Shown: positions 26,234 through 35,028 of the stretch, in pieces
How the letters are laid out: each line of letters begins with the position of its first letter
Numbering within the stretch: the first letter of the stretch is position 1
Source: an uncultured Chloroflexia bacterium
Lineage (GTDB): Bacteria > Chloroflexota > Dehalococcoidia > DSTF01 > WHTK01
Direction of reading: 5' to 3'
NCBI GenBank assembly: GCA_963703905.1
Contig: CAVPFY010000007.1
Location: forward strand, 14,374-78,373
DNA: 64,000 bases
The notes under the pieces: model-generated
Told to the model about the DNA's origin: nothing
The model's input: only the letters and a program-made list of their open reading frames with translations
The model's database searches: none
Program-made: the position numbers and the translations under genes

Positions 26234-27393
26234 GACAGCCGCGTCTCCACGTCAGCTTTGGAAGTGACCGCCGCCTGCTGCGATAGCCCGGCGCGGTCGA
26301 ACACGAGTGTACGGAGCAGCCACCATCGGGGCACGCGGCGCGCCGCCAGCGTCCGCCGGCGACGCTCGGCGTACTTCGGCATCGCCACCACCGTCGCAGC
26401 GGCCGCGGCCAGCGTCGGCGGGATTAAGAGGAAGAAGTACAGCAGCCTCTTCGGGCGGGCCATGCCGAACACGCCGGCGTTGAACGGCGAGCCGGCCAGC
26501 GTCACGGCCGCCAGCGGCAGAAACTCCGGCCAGGGGCTCGACTTCCACAGCGCCAGCAGCCGGTTGCGAATGATCTTTACGGTGCGCACGAAAGTCCGCG
26601 GCGAGGGCCTGTCGTGTAGCGTGTGGTCGTGATACACAACCGCCCTCGTCGCAACCACGGTCCGGTAGCCGGCCGTTCGCAGCCTCAGCGCCAGGTCCAT
26701 GTCCTCGCCGTAGGCGAACATGTCTTCGTCGAAGACATAGCCTCCGATCTCATCGATGACTTCGCGCTTGAGGATGATCGAGACGCCGCTGAGGAACAGC
26801 GTGTCGACCGCCGGCAGCGCCACCGGCACGCTCATGTACTCGACGAAGCCCAGGCGCGAAAGCTCGCCGCAGTAGGCCCTTTCGACCGGCGCCTCGCGCT
26901 CCTTGCGGGCGAACTCGGCGTTCCAGGGGTGGATGACGTTGGCCTGAGCCGCCATCACCGATGAATCACCTTCGACGGCCGCCGCCAGCTCCCGCAGCCA
27001 GCCGCGGTGCACAACGACATCCTGGTTCAGGAACACAAGCAGCGGCGCCCGCGCCAGCTCCGCGCCGCGGTTGTTGCCGCCGCAGTAGCCGTAATTCTTG
27101 TCCAGCCTGTGCACCTGCACGCCCTCGAACCTGGCGGCCGCGTCGGCAGTGCCGTCGCGAGAGCCGTTGTCGACGAACAACACCTCGTACTCGCGCTCGA
27201 AGTCCTGGTCCAGGAGCGAGCGCAGGCAAGGGTCGACATACTCACGGCCGTTGAAGCCGAGGACGATGACGCTGACGGCGGGACTCTCCAGCGACTTAAT
27301 GGGCACGATTCGGAGTATATGCCGCTCGCTTCCAGAACCGTCCGTTGTAGTTGCTTCTCGCGAGAAGCAAGTACAGCGGACCATGGACGGCAT
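26230..27393 (-). CDS. GT2-family glycosyltransferase (rhamnosyltransferase-like)
   Basis: Intact ORF with VSVIVLGFNG...FVDNGSRDGT...LDKNYGYCGGNN...LNQDV motifs. The start is uncertain: GTG 27306 would give MPIKSLESPAVSVIV. Confidence 0.7.
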   Translation of the reverse strand: MPSMVRCTCFSREATTTDGSGSERHILRIVPIKSLESPAVSVIVLGFNGREYVDPCLRSLLDQDFEREYEVLFVDNGSRDGTADAAARFEGVQVHRLDKNYGYCGGNNRGAELARAPLLVFLNQDVVVHRGWLRELAAAVEGDSSVMAAQANVIHPWNAEFARKEREAPVERAYCGELSRLGFVEYMSVPVALPAVDTLFLSGVSIILKREVIDEIGGYVFDEDMFAYGEDMDLALRLRTAGYRTVVATRAVVYHDHTLHDRPSPRTFVRTVKIIRNRLLALWKSSPWPEFLPLAAVTLAGSPFNAGVFGMARPKRLLYFFLLIPPTLAAAAATVVAMPKYAERRRRTLAARRVPRWWLLRTLVFDRAGLSQQAAVTSKADVETRLS

Positions 27394-27501
27394 TTCGAGG
27401 TTGGCGGCTCTGCAAGCTCAGGGATATGCTTGCCGCATACGATTGGCACGCCTCGTAGCCGAGGACTGTACCTGCGGCGCGAGGTTCTCCGAGAGGTCTA
27501 G

Positions 27502-29400
27502 ATGCCCAAACGGTACGCCAGGTTGACCCAACCCCTGGTGCGCAGGGTCGGCGAGTTGCAGCCGGCAAGCTGGGAAGAGGCCCTGGACGCCGCGGCGAGC
27601 GGGTTCCGCTCGACGACGGCGCTGCACGGCCCCGAAAGCTTCGGCCTGTTCTCCTGCTCCAAGGCCACGAACGAGGTCAACTACCTGGCCCAGAAGTTCG
27701 CCCGGCAGGTGATCGGCTGCAACAACGTCGACTCCTGCAACCGCACCTGACACGCTCCGAGCGTCGTCGGTCTGACGACAGTGTTCGGGGCGGGCGGCGG
27801 CACCAGCTCCTACCGTGAGGTAGAGGAGACGGACGTCGTCATCCTCTGGGGTTCGAACGCGCGCGAAACGCACCCCATCTTCTTCCACCACGTCCTCAAG
27901 GCCGTTAACCGCGGCGCCCGCATGTACGTGGTCGACCCGCGCCGCACGACCTCCGCCCAGTGGGCCGATGCCTGGCTGGGTCTGGACGTCGGCTCCGATG
28001 TCGCGCTGGCAAACGCCATGGGCCGCGAGATCATCGCCGCCGGCCTGCACAACCGCGCCTTCGTCGAGCGCGCCACTAGAGACTTCGAGGCCTATCGCGA
28101 GTGCGTGCAGCCTTACACCCTGGAGTACGCCGAGCGCATTACCGGCGTGCCGGCCGCGACCATCCGCGAGGTAGCGCACGCCTACGCCCGCGCCGACCGC
28201 GCCCAGCTCTGCTGGACGCTTGGGATCACGGAGCACCACAACGCCGTCGACAACGTGCTGGCGCTGATCAACCTGGCGCTGCTAACCGGCCACGTCGGCC
28301 GCTACGGCTCCGGCCTGAACCCGTTGCGCGGCCAGAACAACGTCCAGGGCGGCGGCGACATGGGCGCCATCCCCAACCGGCTGCCCGGGGGCAACGACCT
28401 GGAAGACGCGGCGCAGAGGGCGCCGTTCGAGCGCGCCTGGGGCGTCAGCATCCCGCCGAGGCGCGGCCTGAACCTGACCGAGATGTTCGAGGCGATGGAG
28501 AAGGGCACTCTGCGCACCCTGTACGTCATCGGCGAAAACCCGGCCCAGTCCGAGGCCGATATGGAGCACGCTATTCACCTGCTCGAAGGGCTCGACCACC
28601 TGGTCGTGCAGGACATCTTCCTCACCAGGACGGCCGAGATGGCGGACGTAGTCTTTCCCGCGGCGGCTTCATGGTGCGAAGGCGAAGGCACCGTCACCAG
28701 CTCCGAGCGCCGCGTCCAGCGCGTGCGCAAGGCGCTTGAACCGCCGGGCGGCGCCCGCGATGACCTCGACATCATTTCGGCCCTGGCGGCGCGCCTGGGC
28801 TTCGAATGGGGCCGGCCTACCGCCGAGCAGGTCTGGGATGAGCTGCGAGGCCTGTCTTCCTGGCACCGTGGCATGAGCTACGAACGCCTGGAGGAGCTGA
28901 ACGGCCTGCATTGGCCCTGCCCGTCTGAGGACCACCCCGGCAGCCCCATCCTCCACACACGCCTCTGGCAGGACCCCGTGGAAGGGCCCCGCGCGCCGTT
29001 CCACGCCGTCGAGCATGACCCGCCCGTCGACCAGTTGACCGACGAGTTCCCCATCCGGCTTACCACCGGACGGCGCCTCGACTCCTTCAACACCGGCGTC
29101 CAGACGGGCGGCTACACGTCGCCGCTGCGGCGGGGAGAGTCCATCGACATCCACGCCGACGACGGCCGCCGCCTGGGCGTCGCCGACGGCGAGGTCGTGC
29201 GGGTGGTGTCGCGCCGCGGCGCGATCGAGGCGCCGGCGCGCTACGACCCGACCCTGCGTCCGGGGCTGGCGTTCATGACCTTCCACTTCCAGGACGACGT
29301 CGCGACCAACATCATCACAATCGACGCCACCGACCCCAAGTCCGGTACGGCCGAGTTCAAGGCCGCGGCCATTCGCATCGAAAAGCTGCCGCCGAAGTAA
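27502..29400 (+). CDS. fdhA: Formate dehydrogenase catalytic (Mo/W-bisPGD) polypeptide with in-frame UGA read as selenocysteine; lacks the N-terminal Fe-S domains
   Basis: ORFs 27502..27750 and 27781..29400 share one frame and are interrupted only by TGA 27748-27750. The context NNVDSCNRT-U-HAPSVVGLTTVFG matches the Cys/Sec-His active-site segment of FdhF/FdsA. The protein begins at ...RLTQPLVRR...ASWEEALD, the point just after the 4Fe-4S domain of full-length alpha subunits. Confidence 0.8.
27757..27788 (+). promoter_or_regulatory. SECIS-like stem-loop
   Basis: Upper stem GUCGUC (27763-27768) / GACGAC (27774-27779) with loop GGUCU. Lower stem CCGA (27757-27760) / UCGG (27785-27788). The loop G and U fall at +23/+24 from the U of UGA. 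Confidence 0.65.
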
Positions 29401-29573
29401 TCAGTAATTAGTCGCCAGTAGTGAGTCCCGACTCCGGTCTCGCGCGGCTGACCCTGGTTTCCGAATGCGGATAATGGCGTAGGCTTGCATCGCCTCTGAG
29501 TCGCCGGTCGCGGCGGTCGCGGGCATGGCACCACCGCCGCCCGTTCGAGGCTGCACCGATGCCGTCCGAACTG

Positions 29574-29601
29574 ATGACTGACAACTAATGACTGACAACT
29601 A
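29574..29601. repeat. 14-nt tandem repeat ATGACTGACAACTA x2 (stop-rich spacer)
   Basis: Two perfect copies lie directly before ATG 29605. The related low-complexity string TCAGTAATTAGTCGCCAGTAGTGAGTC occurs at 29401-29427. Confidence 0.8.
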
Positions 29602-29604
29602 ACG

Positions 29605-31604
29605 ATGGACATCCACCTCATCCCGAACGCCGTGCCGGACGACGCCGAGCGCGCCGCCGTCGACGGCGTCCTTGGGCCTCCCGAGACAGGCTGGGACGGC
29701 GCGACTCAGCGTTCCCCGCTCGAAGGGCACGTCGGCCGCGCCGGCCAGGACACGCGCGACGACCGACACCTGCTCCTGCCGGCGCTCGAAGCGGTGCAGC
29801 GCCGCGCCGGATACATCAGCGCAGGCGCGCTCAACTACGTCTGCCAGCGCCTCACGGTGCCGCCGGCCGAGGCCTACGGCGTTGCCAGCTTCTACGCCCT
29901 CCTCTACCTCAAACCGACGCCGCCCAACGTCGCCCACGTCTGCGATGACCTCGCCTGCCGCATCAACGGCGCCCTCGACCTCTGCCGCGAGGTCGAGGCC
30001 CGCCTCGGCCCCGCCGGCGAGCCGGCCGCGGACGGCGCCTCTACCTGGAAGCGCAGCCCCTGCCTCGGCCTCTGCGAGCTGGCTCCGGCGGCGCTGGTCC
30101 TGCGCGCCGGCGAAAATCCGGCCGAAGAGGCGATCGCCCCGGCTACCGCGGATGCCGTCCTGGCGGCCCTGAGCCTGCCCCTCGAAGCACCGCCAAGCTC
30201 CCTTCCCGTCCGTCCTGAGGCCCTCGAAGGACGCCCTGGGCAAAGGGGCTCCCTTCCCGTTCGTCCTGAGGCCCTCGAAGGACGAACGGGAACCGACGCC
30301 CCGAACGTGCGCTCTGGCTCCCGCTCCGCCCCCCAAACACAGTCCGAGGACCGAGCCGCCCTCGTGCTCCTGCGCCGTGTCGGCCGCGTCGACCCCACGA
30401 GCCTGGACGAATACCGCGCTTCCGGCGGCTATGCCGCCCTGCGCCGCGCCTTCGAGCTCGGGCCCGGCGGCGTCATCCGCGAGCTGCTCGATTCCGGCCT
30501 GCAGGGCCGTGGCGGCGCCGCCTTCCCGACCGGCCGCAAGTGGCAGGAGGTGGCCGCGCGCGCCGGCACGGCCGCACTACGTGGTCTGCAACGCCGACGA
30601 ATCCGAGCCCGGCACCTTCAAGGACCGCCTCCTCATGGAGGAAGACCCCTTCGCCCTGATCGAGGCAATCACCATCGCCGGCTACGCCGCCGCCTGCGCG
30701 CGCGGCTACATCTACGTCCGCGGCGAGTACCCCCTGGCCGCCGCGCGCCTCGAAAACGCGATCGACCAGGCCCGCGCCCGCGGCTTCCTCGGCGCCGACA
30801 TCATGGGCGAAGGCTTCGACTTCGAGATCGAGGTCAGGCGCGGCGCCGGCGCCTACATCTGCGGCGAGGAGACCGCGCTGTTCAACTCGATCGAAGGGCT
30901 GCGCGGCGAGCCACGCAACAAGCCGCCCTATCCGACCCAGGCCGGCCTCTTCGGCAAGCCGACGCTGGTCAACAACGTCGAGACGCTGGCGAACGTGCCC
31001 GATATCGTCCTCGGCGGCGGCCCGGCCTACGCCGCCACCGGCTCAGGCCAGTCCCACGGGCCGAAGCTGTACTGCGTCTGCGGCCACGTCGAGCGCCCGG
31101 GCGTGTACGAGGTGCCCTTCGGGACGACGCTGCGGCAGGTGCTGGACCTGGCCGGCGGCGTAGCGCGGCGGCCGGCCGTTGAAGGCGATGCTCCTCGGCG
31201 GCGCCGCCGGCACCTTCGTGACCCCGGACGAGCTCGACGTGCCGCTGACGTTCGAGGGCACGCGCGCGATCGGGGCGGCGGTGGGCTCGGCAGTCGTCAT
31301 GGCCCTCGACCAGGGCGCCGACCTCGCGGATTTCGTCCTCCGCGTCGCCCAATTTTTCCGCGACGAATCCTGCGGCCAGTGCGTGCCCTGCCGCGTCGGC
31401 ACCCAGCGCCAGGAGGAAGCGCTTCAGCGGCTGGCGCTGGGGAAGCCGCTCGGCGGCGTCGAAGAGGAGATAATGCTCATCGACGACATCGCGCGGGTGA
31501 TGCGCGACGCCTCGATCTGCGGTCTGGGCCCGACAGCGCCGAACGTGGTGCAGTCGGCGATCCAGAAGTTCGGCTTGTTCCGCGACTCACCGCGAGTGAG
31601 ATGA
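29605..31604 (+). pseudogene. NuoE-like (2Fe-2S) fused to NuoF-like (FMN/NAD/4Fe-4S) diaphorase, FdsG-FdsB type, with two frame disruptions
   Basis: NuoE part: VCDDLAC...SPCLGLCELAP. NuoF part: GRGGAAFPTGRKWQEV in frame 1; then YVVCNADESEPGTFKDR...GAGAYICGEETAL in ORF 30377..31645; then LLGGAAGTF...ESCGQCVPCRVG in ORF 31179..31604. Shifts lie near 30565 and 31170. Confidence 0.75.
30198..30290. repeat. Two in-frame copies of the dispersed palindromic repeat inside the NuoE-NuoF linker
   Basis: The unit CTCCCTTCCCGTYCGTCCTGAGGCCCTCGAAGGACG occurs at 30198-30233 and 30249-30284, a 51-nt period. The second copy forms a perfect 12-bp stem, CCCGTTCGTCCT (30256-30267) / AGGACGAACGGG (30279-30290). 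The units encode SLPVRPEALEGR twice. Confidence 0.85.
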
Positions 31605-31718
31605 CTGCGAATGTGAGGTTGAACATGCAGGAGCCGGCTCCGTGACAACAGAGCGCAGTTCCTCCAGGATTGGCGGATACGGGGACGGCAGGTCGACATC
31701 ACGGTCGACGGCCGCGCC

Positions 31719-32621
31719 GTGAGCGTGCCAGAGGGCACGACGCTGCTCCAGGCCTGCCGCGCCGAGGGCATCGACACGCCGACGCTCTGCTATCTGGAGA
31801 CGCTGACGCCCGTCAATGTCTGCCGCGTGTGCGTCGTGGAGCTGGAGGGATCGCGGGCGCTGGTGCCGGCCTGCTCGCGCAAGGCAGAGCCGGGCATGGT
31901 GGTGAGCACCGACAGCGAGCGGGTCCGCCACAGCCGGCGCCTGGTGCTCGAGTTCCTGGCCTCATCCGTCGACCTCTCCTGCGCGCCGGCCGAAGTCCAG
32001 GGTTACCTGGAACGCTACGGCGCCGCGCCGCAGCGCTTCGGGCCGGCGGCGCCGCCGGCAGCGGCGGGTGAGCGCGACGCCCTGGAACCGGGCCACCATC
32101 ACGCGACCAACGCGGCGGCAACCGTGCGCCAGCCGGCGATGGTCGACAACAACCTCTACATCCGCGACTACTCGCGCTGCATCCTCTGCTACAAGTGCGT
32201 CGAGGCTTGCGGCGTCGATGCTCAGAACACCTTCGCCATCGCCATCGCCGGCCGGGGCTTCGACGCCCGCGTCTCCACGGAGTTCGCGGCGCCCCTGCCG
32301 GACTCCGCCTGCGTCTACTGCGGCAACTGCATCGCCGTCTGCCCTACCGGCGCGCTCATGTTCAAGAGCGAGCAGGACATGCGCGCGGACGGCACCTGGG
32401 ACGAGGCCAGGCAGACGAAGACGGACACGATCTGCCCCTACTGCGGCGTCGGCTGCACGCTTCAGCTTCACGTGCAGGACAACCGCATCGTGAAGGTGAC
32501 GTCGCCCCTCGACCATGACGTGACCAGCGGCAATCTCTGCATCAAGGGCCGCTTCGGCTGGCAGTTCGTCCAACTACTCGAAGAAGATGAGGCCCCAAAG
32601 CGCCGTGGCCCAGTCGCTTAA
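31719..32621 (+). CDS. Formate dehydrogenase alpha-subunit N-terminal Fe-S module as a separate polypeptide (2Fe-2S, 4Fe-4S clusters and the bisPGD-type 4Fe-4S domain)
   Basis: PTLCY...VCRVCVVE, CILCYKCVEAC, CVYCGNCIAVCP and CPYCGVGCTL...NLCIKGRFGWQFV. Homology (RQVDITVDGRAV) extends upstream of GTG 31719 to about 31686. A GTG at 31642 lies in another frame, so the true start or one more indel near the GGGG run at 31681-31684 is unresolved. Confidence 0.75.
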   Translation: MSVPEGTTLLQACRAEGIDTPTLCYLETLTPVNVCRVCVVELEGSRALVPACSRKAEPGMVVSTDSERVRHSRRLVLEFLASSVDLSCAPAEVQGYLERYGAAPQRFGPAAPPAAAGERDALEPGHHHATNAAATVRQPAMVDNNLYIRDYSRCILCYKCVEACGVDAQNTFAIAIAGRGFDARVSTEFAAPLPDSACVYCGNCIAVCPTGALMFKSEQDMRADGTWDEARQTKTDTICPYCGVGCTLQLHVQDNRIVKVTSPLDHDVTSGNLCIKGRFGWQFVQLLEEDEAPKRRGPVA

Positions 32622-33461
32622 GCCTCCGGCCTCCACCCAGGCGCGTATCGTCCGCTTCGCCGGCGACGGCGTGTCGCAGGACGATGACCTTCTCGCCGGC
32701 GAGGAGCCGCTAGAGATCCGGCTGCTCTGGAAAGAGGGCCGCGAACAGGTGCAGCGCCAGATCGCCGTCACCATGCGCACGCCCGGCGACGACCTCGCCC
32801 TGGCGGCCGGCTTCCTTTACGGCGAAGGCATCCTCCGCGGCCGCGATGACGTCGCCGACGTTTCCTACTGCCTGGACGATGACGATGCCCAAGCGCTGAA
32901 TATCGTCACTGTGACCCTGAGACCGGGCCTGGAATTCGACGCATCGCGGTTGCAGCGCAACTTCTACACCTCGTCCAGTTGCGGCGTCTGCGGCAAGGCC
33001 TCGATAGAGTCTGTCGAAGTGCAGGGCTGCCAGCCCATCGCCGATGCCGTCGCCAGTCAGCGCCGCCGTCGCTGCGCGGCCTGCCGAAGGCGCTGCGCTC
33101 CGCCCAGGCCGTCTTCGAGCAGACGGGCGGCCTGCATGCCGCCGGCCTCTTCGACGCTGAAGGGAATCTCTTGCTCGTGAAAGAGGACGTGGGAAGACAC
33201 AATGCCGTCGACAAGGTCATCGGCGAGTGCTTCCTGGAAGGGCGGATGCCGCTGACCGGCGACATCCTGCTCCTCAGCGGCCGCGCCAGCTTCGAGCTGC
33301 TGCAGAAGGCAGTGGTCGCGCGCATACCCATCGTCGCAGCCGTCGGCGCGCCTTCCAGCCTGGCCGTCGAAATGGCGCGCTCCTTCAACGTCACCCTGGC
33401 CGGGTTCCTGCGCCCGGAAAGCTTCAACGTTTATGCCGCGCCGGAGCGCATCCGCTCCTGA
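32587..33461 (+). pseudogene. fdhD: FdhD formate dehydrogenase accessory sulfurtransferase, one frame disruption
   Basis: ORF 32587..33180 (...TPGDDLALAAGFLYGEGI...SSSCGVCGKASIE) continues in ORF 32979..33461 (...GGLHAAGLFD...DVGRHNAVDKVIG...). The shift is near 33060. Confidence 0.8.
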
Positions 33462-33616
33462 GGCCCTTCGATCCACGTCGCCCATCCGGCGGCTACAATG
33501 CGGCAGTCCCCTTTGTTGGCCTTAGCGCGCGCTAGCCTTGCTTTTAAGCCAGCGAAGCGATATTCCATGTGAACCAAACCGCTGGGCTCGGACGCCCGGG
33601 CCGAAAGGCAGTGAGC

Positions 33617-34503
33617 ATGAACGCGCTCGACTACGAAGCGCCGGCAACTCTCGCTGAGGCAGTGGCCCTGCTGGGGCAGCACGGCGCCTCCGCCCGCGTG
33701 CTGGCCGGCGGCACCGACGTCATCATCCAGCACCGCGAAGGCCGCCGAAACGTCGGCGTCATGGTCGACGTCAAGCACATCCCGAAGACCATGGAGCTGA
33801 AGCTCACGCCCGACGGCGCCTGCGCATCGGCGCCGCGACGTCCTGCGCGCACGATCTACGAACGAACGCCGAGGTCGCGCGAGCGCTTCCCGGCGCTCAT
33901 CGACTCGGCGTCGCTCATCGGCGGCATCCAGATCCAGTCGCGCGCCAGCCTCGGCGGCAACCTGTGCAACAGCTCGCCCGCGGCCGACTCGATCCCGACG
34001 CTGATCGTGCTCGGCGCGGTCTGCGAGATCGCCGGCCCGAAGGGGCGCCGCACGCGTGCCGGTCGAGGAGTTCTGCACCGGCGCCGGGCCAGAACGTGCT
34101 GCGCGCCGGACGAGCTGCTCGTCGCGCTTGTCGTTCCCGGCGCCGGCCGCCAACAGCGGCGCCGCCTTCGAGCGCTTCATCCCGCGCAACGAGATGGACA
34201 TCGCCGTCGCCAACGCCGCCGCGAGCGTCGACGCTGTCCGCCGACGGCTCGAAGTTCGAGTCGGCGCGCATCGCCGTCGGCGCCGTCGCGCCGACGCCGC
34301 TCTTCGTCGAAGGCGGCGGGCGACGCGCTGGCCGGCCAGCCGGTGTCGCGAGGAGAGCATCGACAAGGCCGCCGCGGCCGCTTCGCGCCGCGGCGAGGCC
34401 GATCACCGACATGCGCGGCTCGGCCGCCCAGCGCAAGCACCTCGCGGGCGTGCTGACGCGCCGCGTCATCAACAAGGCCGTCGAGCGAGCGAGGGGAGCC
34501 TGA
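33617..34503 (+). pseudogene. Xanthine dehydrogenase family FAD-binding (CoxM-like) subunit, multiply frame-disrupted
   Basis: MNALDYEAPATLAEAVALL...RVLAGGTDVIIQ, then recognisable pieces (SLIGGIQIQSRASLGGNLCNSSPAADSIPTLIVLGA; MDIAVANAAA; ITDMRGSAAQRKHLAGVLTRR) scattered over all three frames. Confidence 0.7.
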
Positions 34504-34506
34504 GCG

Positions 34507-35008
34507 ATGAGCGCGACGAACGCCACGTCAGCGCGACGATCAACGGCGAAGCAGGTCGACTTCCTCGTGCGAGCCGCGCCAGAGCCTGCTGGAGGTGCTG
34601 CGCGACGAGCTGGGGCTGACCGGCACGAAGGAAGGCTGCAACAACGGCAACTGCGGCGCCTGCAACGTGATCCTGAACGGCGCGCTGGTCAACTCCTGCT
34701 GCGTCCTCGGCGTCGAGGCCGAGGGCGCCGACGATCACGACGATCGAGGGCGTCGCCGAGCGGCGACCACCTGCACCCGCTGCAGACGAGCTTCCTCGAG
34801 GACGCGGCGCTGCAGTGCGGCATCTGCACGCCGGGCTTCATCGTCGCCGCGAAGGCGCTGCTCGACAGCGAGCCCGAACGCCGACGAAGCGCGCATCCGC
34901 CACTGGCTGGCCGGCAACCTCTGCCGCTGCACGGGCTACGACAAGATCGTGCGCGCGGTGCTGGACGCCGCCGAAGCAGATGCGCGCGCACGCCGGCGAA
35001 CGGCCTAA
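34507..35008 (+). pseudogene. (2Fe-2S)-binding small (CoxS-like) subunit, multiply frame-disrupted
   Basis: The pieces VSATINGE, LRDELGLTGTKEGCNNGNCGACNV, LQCGICTPGFIVAAKALL and LAGNLCRCTGYDKIV lie in different frames. Exact start and stop are uncertain. Confidence 0.65.
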
Positions 35009-35028
35009 GCACGACAAGGAGCAACGCG

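Noticed and set aside
27394-27501. Moco (molybdenum cofactor) riboswitch upstream of the formate dehydrogenase gene
   Set aside because: The leader has hairpins (GCAAGC...GCTTGC at about 27411-27436; CCTCG-tagc-CGAGG) and a UCUCCGAGAGG string reminiscent of the motif. I cannot reproduce the conserved Moco-RNA architecture from memory, and the region may be too short. A covariance-model scan (Rfam Moco_RNA_motif) is needed before any claim.
29401-29621. Small minus-strand ORFs (29241..29621, 29401..29598) in the spacer after the catalytic formate dehydrogenase gene
   Set aside because: They are translations of low-complexity repeat DNA (MSVISCQS...). They show no RBS or coding signal and overlap the tandem 14-nt repeat.
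31620-31720. Treating GTG 31719 as the certain start of the Fe-S module gene
   Set aside because: Conserved N-terminal sequence (RQVDITVDGRAV) lies in frame upstream of it but has no start codon. A GTG at 31642 is in a different frame. Either one more indel (near GGGG 31681-31684) or an unusual start is involved, so I left the feature at the ORF-track coordinates with a caveat.
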